This document shows positions 54,670-64,000 of a stretch of DNA of 64,000 bases, in pieces. The stretch comes from Balanoglossus misakiensis (lineage: Eukaryota > Animalia > Hemichordata): the NCBI GenBank assembly GCA_040954595.2, contig CM082590.2:10814088-10878087 (forward strand), read 5' to 3'. A model generated the notes under the pieces. It was not told where the DNA came from and did not search any database. It saw only the letters and a program-made list of their open reading frames with translations. The stretch's first letter is position 1. Each line of letters begins with the position of its first letter. A program made the position numbers and the translations under genes.

Positions 54670-57600
54670 TTATGTCAGCCCAATTTCTTCCAGAATGCTT
54701 CGGTTGCCGTCTGTTTCCTGGAAAAGAAAAACAAAAAAAATATTAAGTACAAGATAAAGTTCATCAAAGTTTGCAGATACTTGAGAGAAAGGACGTTATG
54801 TATGTACATGGTGTTACACTCTAATTATGACATGTTAAGTTAATATTAGAGTGAGTACAGTCTACTATAAACAAATGCAATACTGCAGATTTGAGAAATG
54901 TGTCCATGCATTGCTAGGGAGAGGAGAAAGGGTCAGAGTTGAGGTTTAAATTTTTAGTGTGTGAAGATAGAATTAGTGATTGTCATGGTCTTAACCCTTT
55001 CACCACCATGGTTTGGTCCAAATCCAGTGTTTTCTATGGTAAGGTTGGACCTCTAAAGAGGGAACTGGGGGTGAAAGGGTTAAAAAAATAATGCCAAAGA
55101 AACTGTTGCCCATTTGAATCCAGTGTTTTGTATGGAAGTCAGTCAATGGACATCCAAATGATCCCAAGAGGTCACTCCCATATTCTAATGGGAAAATGTG
55201 ATCTTAAACTGTGATGGTCAAAGTGAATATCTAACATTAATTGATATTCTGGAGGTGTTGACTAGTCTGTTGAACAAATGAAATGTAATTTTACAAAGAA
55301 ATTTTGAGTTTAACTTAACCAAATTCAATTTCACCTAATTTTAATTTTAATTTAATTAATTTCAATTCAAATCCACACAAATTTGTATATGCACCTTTAG
55401 ATTGTAGACGTTTTTTACGCAGAAATCTTTGACAATTAATATAGTACATATGCATCATAGTATTAAACTAAAAAGATCAAAATACCTTGAATGAATTGAA
55501 TCTTTCTACGGCAGTTAGCTAGCTATGTTTTCTCACATTAGAATTTAAAGAAATTAAATATTGATTGATTTTAATGCATCATTTTGTACTAGTACTTTTG
55601 TCCTTCAGAAGAGAAAGTGCACATTTGGCATGAATTTCGCATTTAGCAAGAAGCCACTGCAAAAAGATAATAGCATGGTTTGGCTACTGGCTTGGTAATG
55701 TTTACCGCTATTCCCAAAATGAGTGATTGGTTCAAACAGACCAGTGAGGTCCCAACGAAGAGATGACATAATAGTTATATACACATAAATTGTCAGATAG
55801 GCGTCCCTAAATATAGAGGCACACTCTTTTTGGGTGGCCACTCTCTGAAAACTCTGTGATTGGCTAGATCTCGATTTTCCATGGTAACTGGAGGTAAACT
55901 TGTAAAGGTGACCAAATACGTCTAAAGCAACAGCACAAACGTTAAATATAATTAAAATAAATCCTTTTTTAAGACTGTTTCATTTCTGCTGCAATCAACA
56001 GCCACTCTTTTCAATGCATCAAATAACTCTAACCCAACCCTACTTGGGAACTGAACTTAACAGGAGCTAAAAATCATGCCTATGGAACTCCAACACAAAT
56101 TTTAGGGTTTGCAGGTGTAGGGTGGTAGTATTTGACAAGAATTTTGTCAATTACAAATACATGTTTCTGTCTTTAGTCGTGATGTTGAAATAGAAACAAG
56201 CTCTACAAATGGAAATACAAATTTTAGAGTCCCAGTTTACAACTTGTCTTTGAAGAAAGGTAACTTTGGCAACGATAAAATAATCACGAGAAAGAGATAA
56301 AACACCGTGTTAGTGAACACATTTTTTGATATGTTCATATTTGATTTTAATGTCATCACTTTGTTGGGGCACTACTTGTCTATTTTTGCCGTCTGCCTAC
56401 GGTCAATGAAGTGCGCTGCCACAAAGCCTTGTCTAAAAAAATCCCATCTCCTCCAAGGTATTTCGCATGGCATCAACATCCTATGTAGCAAAATGAAAAC
56501 AACAAAATAAATTTCACTGATATCAAGGTTTAGAGTTATAAAAAAGGGAAATTAAAGTTTCAGCAAGGAGACCAACAACTCTTATCGACACAACTCTTGA
56601 GTAGACTTCCCAGAACTTTGGTTTCCAATTCTGCTTTTGTTTCCATATTATTCACACGAACATCACCGATACGATCAGTTAAGGCGAGCCGTCTGTCAAT
56701 TAATATACATGTATCAAACTCATACAAATTATTTGCAATCTTTGCAATTGGAAAGCTACAACCCTGAACATGATCAAGCAACAAACATGTCAAGAATTGA
56801 CAACTGAAAATCAAGATTCCAGCAGTAATTTTCAGTATATACTGAATACAATCTCCTCCTGAACCTTAACCGTTAAACGACACTTATTTCCTGTTATATA
56901 CCCCTTTTGGCATTGGTGTTCTTGTGTGCTTTCTCAGCCCTCTGTTAAACGACCCAATCTGATTAATCTGGGCAAAAGGCTCAACACAGCTTGGCAAGAT
57001 GGCAATTAATATCCCTAACTGGAAGAGGGTTTTAACCCTTTCACCATCATGGTACAGTCCAAACCCTTTGTTTTCTATGGTGCCGTTGGACCTCTAAATA
57101 GGGAACTGGGGGTGAAAGGGTTAAACGACCAACAGGTGTCTTTAAGAAAGTTAGATTTCTTGGAGATTTATATATTTTATCATATTAAGAGGTTGCTACA
57201 AAGGTCAAGCATATCTACACATTACTGGTAAACACACTGAAAGATGCAGTTTGATTTGTAACAACTTTGTTCCTTTAACCCTTTCACCACCATGGTTTGA
57301 TCCAAATCCATTGTTCTCTGTGGTAAAGTTGGACGTCTAAAGAGAGAACTGGGGGTGAGAGGGTTACAGGAGGCATTATATATTACCTCCTCTAGAAGAT
57401 CTTGTGCTGCTATGGCTTTAAGTACACCCTTTTTACTGGTTTCTTGTATTTCACCGCCAAGCATCAGTTCGTCCAGCATATAGTAAGCTCTCTCAAAATT
57501 GAAAATAATGTCTAATTCACAAACCTACACGTAAAAAAAGAAAAGAAAGAACAAACATTTAGTGTTAAATCTGACTGTGACAGTGTTTGGTCTTGGGATT

Positions 57601-58689
57601 GAACGTCAGGAATAAACGTCTCAGAACTCAACTACCCAGTGCTTCTACAGGCTATTTCGTCTGTAATTGTTCAGTCTTAGCACGGTTATGTAGGAAAAAT
57701 TCTTGTGACTGCAAATACTACTTGCAGATGAACCTACATGAGGGACAGACATCTTTAAGACAGTAGCTATGGTCCTGATAATTTCTTCAGAATTTTTTGT
57801 ACAAGATCCCGTTTTAAGTTCAACTCTGTAAAGCACCAGTACGTGCCAATTTTAAATTGATGTAATTTGTAAAGTACCTTTTTACAGAGTCAGTCAAACA
57901 GCCAAATGTGCATGCATGTCTTTATGAATGTATGTATGGTGAACTAAATGTACATGTACAAAACAGAAACTGATGAAGTTGATACTTACACTTCCAAAAT
58001 ATTTATCTAAGAGTTCAACGTATCTGTGAATAATTTCCAATGTCAGTAACTCGTTATCTTTGTCTTCTATTGCACAGCAGAAATATAAACTTGCATACCT
58101 GTCATGTAAAAGACAAAAAAATGTTGTTTCAACTCATATACTGTACCTCACAAAATGTTGTGTACAACTATTGAAACCTTGCAGTTCAATACATTATACA
58201 TCTTTGATTTTAAGATTTCAATATCACTGAACTACACACACACATACACGCACAGATACAGATAGATACATGTGTACATGTATATAGATTATATGCAGAG
58301 AGAGACAGACAGACAGACAGACATACAAAGAAAGTGACACTCAGACAGACTGACAGAGAGACACAGAAAGAGACAAACAGACAAACAGACAGCCACAGAG
58401 ACTAAGACATGGAGAAAGAGAGAGAGGGGGAGGGAGGGAGAGAGATAGACAGACAGACAAACAGACACTGACTCTATATGACAGTTGCAAGAGGTTCATA
58501 AGTTACCAACCTTTTGTACACAACTTTCACATCTCTCCATTCAAGAAAACTGCACATTTTTGGTTTCCTGCTGAGAATTGTTGTTATGAGCTCTCTCGTG
58601 GTTTTTCGCTTATCTCTGTCTTGTTTTGGGGTCCACCACTTCTGTAGTCGCAGTTTACCTTGGCGACTGAACAGCAGCATAAACTGCAT
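54670..58689 (-). CDS. AP1S2: AP-1 adaptor complex subunit sigma (AP1S1/2/3 co-ortholog)
   Basis: Exons 58689-58511, 58098-57990, 57524-57387 and 54717-54670: [18 protein letters not shown]...[15 protein letters not shown]...[32 protein letters not shown]...[15 protein letters not shown]. An acceptor precedes the ATG, so exon 1 lies beyond the minisatellite. Confidence 0.95.
54991..55083. mobile_element. piggyBac-like 85-bp MITE
   Basis: TTAA-CCCTTTCACC...GGTGAAAGGG-TTAA. Further copies at 57032-57124 and 57275-57367; partial copies near 40560, 43280 and 49670. Confidence 0.75.
56433..56480 (-). CDS. Alternative terminal exon of AP-1 sigma
   Basis: Acceptor ttttcattttgctacatag, phase 0, 48 nt encoding [15 protein letters not shown]; same length and LEE.G motif as the distal terminal exon. 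Confidence 0.75.
   Translation of the reverse strand, partial: DVDAMRNTLEEMGFF
57032..57367. mobile_element. Two piggyBac-like MITE copies
   Basis: Same TTAA-CCC...GGG-TTAA family as 54991-55083. Confidence 0.7.
58233..58470. repeat. (CA)/(GACA)/(GA) simple repeats
   Basis: Directly visible in the AP1S intron. Confidence 0.8.
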
Positions 58690-58834
58690 CTGTAAATATT
58701 AATATGTAAGAGTTAGAAAAGCCTGTGATTCTGACAGCTGTCTTCAGCATCGTTGGAATGGTAACAGGCAGTTTCGGCACTAATAATTTCAGTCACAGTC
58801 GTTTCGGCCCCAATTTTCACACCTATCTTGCATG

Positions 58835-61800
58835 ACACCTTGGAGATAATTATTGTGTCAGCCAGCAGGGCTGACACGAGACCACTGTTGCACCTTGGAG
58901 ATAATCGGCCAGGCGGGGCCGACACGAGACCACTGTTGCACCTTGGAGATAAATCATTATTGTGTCGGCCAGGGGGGCTGACACGAGACGACGGGGACAC
59001 CTCTTGGAGACACCTGCAGTGACAGCCAGCGGGGGCCGACACGAGACCACTGTTGCACCTTGGAGATAAATCATTGTGTCGGCCAGGGGGGCTGACACGA
59101 GACGACGGGGACAACTTGGAGACACCTGCAGTGACAGCCAGCAGGGCTGACACGAGACCACTGTTGCACCTTGGAGATAAATCATTATTGTGTCGGCCAG
59201 GGGGGCTGACACGAGACGACGGGGACACCTCTTGGAGACACCTGCAGTGACAGCCAGCGGGGGCCGACACGAGACCACTGTTGCACCTTGGAGATAAATC
59301 ATTGTGTCGGCCAGGGGGGCTGACACGAGACGACGGGGACACCTCTTGGAGACACCTGCAGTGACAGCCAGCAGGGCTGACACGAGACCACTGTTGCACC
59401 TTGGAGATAAATCATTATTGTGTCGGCCAGGGGGGCTGACACGAGACGACGGGGACACCTCTTGGAGACACCTGCAGTGACAGCCAGCGGGGGCCGACAC
59501 GAGACCACTGTTGCACCTTGGAGATAAATCATTGTGTCGGCCAGGGGGGCTGACACGAGACGACGGGGACACCTCTTGGAGACACCTGCAGTGACAGCCA
59601 GCAGGGCTGACACGAGACCACTGTTGCACCTTGGAGATAAATCATTATTGTGTCGGCCAGGGGGGCTGACACGAGACGACGGGGACACCTCTTGGAGACA
59701 CCTGCAGTGACAGCCAGCAGGGCTGACACGAGACCACTGTTGCACCTTGGAGATAAATCATTATTGTGTCGGCCAGGGGGGCTGACACGAGACGACGGGG
59801 ACACCTCTTGGAGACACCTGCAGTGACAGCCAGCGGGGGCCGACACGAGACCACTGTTGCACCTTGGAGATAAATCATTGTGTCGGCCAGGGGGGCTGAC
59901 ACGAGACGACGGGGACACCTCTTGGAGACACCTGCAGTGACAGCCAGCAGGGCTGACACGAGACCACTGTTGCACCTTGGAGATAAATCATTATTGTGTC
60001 GGCCAGGGGGGCTGACACGAGACGACGGGGACACCTTGGAGATAAATCATTATTGTGTCGGCCAGGGGGGCTGACACGAGACCACTGTTGCACCTTGGAG
60101 ATAAATCATTATTGTGTCAGCCAGCAGGGCTGACAGGAGACCACTTTTGCACCTTGGAGATAAATCATTATTGTGTCGGCCAGGGGGGGCCGACACGAGA
60201 CCACTGTTGCACCTTGGAGATAAATCATTATTGTGTCGGCCAGGGGGGCTGACACGAGACGACGGGGACACCTCTTGGAGACACCTGCGGTGACAGCCAG
60301 CAGGGCTGACACGAGACCACTGTTGCACCTTGGAGATAAATCATTATTGTGTCGGCCAGGGGGGCTGACAAGAGACGACGGGGACACCTCTTGGAGACAC
60401 CTGCGGTGACAGCCAGCAGGGCTGACACGAGACCACTGTTGCACCTTGGAGATAAATCATTATTGTGTCGGCCAGGGGGGCCGACACGAGACCACTGTTG
60501 CACCTTGGAGATAAATCATTATTGTGTCGGCCAGGGGGCTCACACGAGACCACTGTTGCACCTTGGAGATAAATCATTATTGTGTCAGCCAGCAGGGCTG
60601 ACACGAGACCACTGTTGCACCTTGGAGATAAATCATTATTGTGTCGGCCAGGGGGGCTGACACGAGACGACGGGGACACCTCTTGGAGACACCTGCGGTG
60701 ACAGCCAGCAGGGCTGACACGAGACCACTGTTGCACCTTGGAGATAAATCATTATTGTGTCGGCCAGGGGGGCTGACACGAGACCACTGTTGCACCTTGG
60801 AGATAAATCATTATTGTGTCGGCCAGGGGGGCTGACACGAGACCACTGTTGCACCTTGGAGATAAATCATTATTGTGTCGGCCAGGGGGGCTGACACGAG
60901 ACCACTGTTGCACCTTGGAGATAAATCATTATTGTGTCGGCCAGGGGGGCTGACACGAGACGACGGGGACACCTCTTGGAGACACCTGCAGTGACAGCCA
61001 GCAGGGCTGACACGAGACCACTGTTGCACCTTGGAGATAAATCATTATTGTGTCGGCCAGGGGGGCTGACACGAGACGACGGGGACACCTCTTGGAGACA
61101 CCTGCAGTGACAGCCAGCAGGGCTGACACGAGACCACTGTTGCACCTTGGAGATAAATCATTATTGTGTCGGCCAGGGGGGCTGACACGAGACGACGGGG
61201 ACACCTCTTGGAGACACCTGCAGTGACAGCCAGCAGGGCTGACACGAGACCACTGTTGCACCTTGGAGATAAATCATTATTGTGTCGGCCAGGGGGGCTG
61301 ACACGAGATGACGGGGACACCTGCGGTGACAGCCAGCAGGGCTGACACGAGACCACTGTTGCACCTTGGAGATAAATCATTATTGTGTCGGCCAGGGGGG
61401 CTGACACGAGATGACGGGGACACCTGCGGTGACAGCCAGCAGGGCTGACACGAGACCACTGTTGCACCTTGGAGATAAATCATTATTGTGTCGGCCAGGG
61501 GGGCTGACACGAGATGACGGGGACACCTGCGGTGACAGCCAGCAGGGCTGACACGAGACCACTGTTGCACCTTGGAGATAAATCATTATTGTGTCGGCCA
61601 GGGGGGCTGACACGAGACGACGGGGACACCTCTTGGAGACACCTGCGGTGACAGCCAGCAGGGCTGACACGAGACCACTGTTGCACCTTGGAGATAAATC
61701 ATTATTGTGTCGGCCAGGGGGGCTGACACGAGACGACGGGGACACCTCTTGGAGACACCTGCAGTGACAGCCAGCAGGGCTGACACGAGACCACTGTTGC

Positions 61801-64000
61801 ACCTTGGAGATAAATCATTATTGTGTCGGCCAGGGGGGCTGACACGAGACGACGGGGACACCTCTTGGAGACACCTGCGGTGACAGCCAGCAGGGCTGAC
61901 ACGAGACCACTGTTGCACCTTGGAGATAAATCATTATTGTGTCGGCCAGGGGGGCTGACACGAGACCACTGTTGCACCTTGGAGATAAATCATTATTGTG
62001 TCGGCCAGGGGGGCTGACACGAGACCACTGTTGCACCTTGGAGATAAATCATTATTGTGTCGGCCAGGGGGGCTGACACGAGACCACTGTTGCACCTTGG
62101 AGATAAATCATTATTGTGTCGGCCAGGGGGGCTGACACGAGACGACGGGGACACCTCTTGGAGACACCTGCAGTGATAGCCAGCAGGGCTGACACGAGAC
62201 CACTGTTGCACCTTGGAGATAAATCATTATTGTGTCGGCCAGGGGGGCTGACACGAGTCGACGGGGACACCTCTTGGAGACACCTGCAGTGACAGCCAGC
62301 AGGGCTGACACGAGACCACTGTTGCACCTTGGAGATAAATCATTATTGTGTCGGCCAGGGGGGCTGACACGAGACCACTGTTGCACCTTGGAGATAAATC
62401 ATTATTGTGTCGGCCAGGGGGGCTGACACGAGACCACTGTTGCACCTTGGAGATAAATCATTATTGTGTCGGCCAGGGGGGCTGACACGAGACGACGGGG
62501 ACACCTCTTGGAGACACCTGCAGTGATAGCCAGCAGGGCTGACACGAGACCACTGTTGCACCTTGGAGATAAATCATTATTGTGTCGGCCAGGGGGGCTG
62601 ACACGAGTCGACGGGGACACCTCTTGGAGACACCTGCAGTGACAGCCAGCAGGGCTGACACGAGACCACTGTTGCACCTTGGAGATAAATCATTATTGTG
62701 TCGGCCAGGGGGGCTGACACGAGACGACGGGGACACCTCTTGGAGACACCTGCAGTGACAGCCAGCAGGGCTGACACGAGACCACTGTTGCACCTTGGAG
62801 ATAAATCATTATTGTGTCGGCCAGGGGGGCTGACACGAGACGACGGGGACACCTCTTGGAGACACCTGCAGTGATAGCCAGCAGGGCTGACACGAGACCA
62901 CTGTTGCACCTTGGAGATAAATCATTATTGTGTCGGCCAGGGGGGCTGACACGAGTCGACGGGGACACCTCTTGGAGACACCTGCAGTGACAGCCAGCAG
63001 GGCTGACACGAGACCACTGTTGCACCTTGGAGATAAATCATTATTGTGTCGGCCAGGGGGGCTGACACGAGACGACGGGGACACCTCTTGGAGACACCTG
63101 CAGTGACAGCCAGGGGGGCTGACACGAGACCACTGTTGCACCTTGGAGATAAATCATTATTGTGTCGGCCAGGGGGGCTGACACGAGACGACGGGGACAC
63201 CTCTTGGAGACACCTGCAGTGACAGCCAGGGGGGCTGACACGAGACCACTGTTGCACCTTGGAGATAAATCATTATTGTGTCGGCCAGGGGGGCTGACAC
63301 GAGACGACGGGGACACCTCTTGGAGACACCTGCAGTGACAGCCAGGGGGGCTGACACGAGACCACTGTTGCACCTTGGAGATAAATCATTATTGTGTCGG
63401 CCAGGGGGGCTGACACGAGACGACGGGGACACCTCTTGGAGACACCTGCAGTGACAGCCAGCAGGGCTGACACGAGACCACTGTTGCACCTTGGAGATAA
63501 ATCATTATTGTGTCGGCCAGGGGGGCTGACACGAGTCGACGGGGACACCTCTTGGAGACACCTGCAGTGACAGCCAGCAGGGCTGACACGAGACCACTGT
63601 TGCACCTTGGAGATAAATCATTATTGTGTCGGCCAGGGGGGCTGACACGAGACGACGGGGACACCTCTTGGAGACACCTGCAGTGACAGCCAGGGGGGCT
63701 GACACGAGACACTGTTGCACCTTGGAGATAAATCATTATTGTGTCGGCCAGGGGGGCTGACACGAGACGACGGGGACACCTCTTGGAGACACCTGCAGTG
63801 ACAGCCAGGGGGGCTGACACGAGACCACTGTTGCACCTTGGAGATAAATCATTATTGTGTCGGCCAGGGGGGCTGACACGAGACGACGGGGACACCTCTT
63901 GGAGACACCTGCAGTGACAGCCAGGGGGGCTGACACGAGACCACTGTTGCACCTTGGAGATAAATCATTATTGTGTCGGCCAGGGGGGCTGACACGAGAC
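58835..64000. repeat. GC-rich minisatellite of related 59-bp and 57-bp monomers (116-bp dimer), >5.1 kb, runs off the window
   Basis: Monomers accactgttgcaccttggagataaatcattattgtgtcggccaggggggctgacacgag and acgacggggacacctcttggagacacctgcagtgacagccagcagggctgacacgag; located upstream of the first visible AP1S exon, in its presumed intron 1. Confidence 0.97.

Noticed and set aside
55486-55505. Candidate AP1S microexon (ctaac-tgc-cgtag acceptor, gtattt donor)
   Set aside because: The length is 20 nt, which is not frame-preserving, and there is no other support.
56560-56941. Further possible AP1S terminal exons (ORF 56560-56814; acceptor at 56942)
   Set aside because: No similarity to AP1S C-termini and weak splice context.
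58713-64000. Many overlapping ORFs (MQQWSRVSP...) and a CRISPR-like periodic look
   Set aside because: They are translations of a minisatellite. There are no unique spacers, no cas genes, and the context is eukaryotic.

Overview
Eukaryotic, intron-rich animal genomic DNA, probably a marine invertebrate; the species cannot be determined from the sequence. About 1-32.4 kb is a heavily duplicated and partly inverted cluster that looks like junk in the ORF track. Splicing it by hand gives several paralogous copies of a 7-exon gene for a divergent NRF1/Ewg/P3A2-like DNA-binding domain with an acidic tail. The paralogous exons are strongly diverged while their introns are nearly identical. Single exons are amplified into tandem arrays (223-bp, 196-bp, ~226-bp and ~0.9-1.1-kb units). 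The rest of the window holds decayed Gypsy and L1/Tx1 fragments, a WSCD-like membrane sulfotransferase (-), two tandem acyl-CoA dehydrogenase paralogs showing patchy gene conversion (+), a small orphan secreted-protein gene (-), AP-1 sigma (-) with duplicated terminal exons, three MITE families, and a >5-kb 59/57-bp minisatellite that runs off the window end. All gene models were spliced by eye and family calls rest on remembered motifs; no database search was run.
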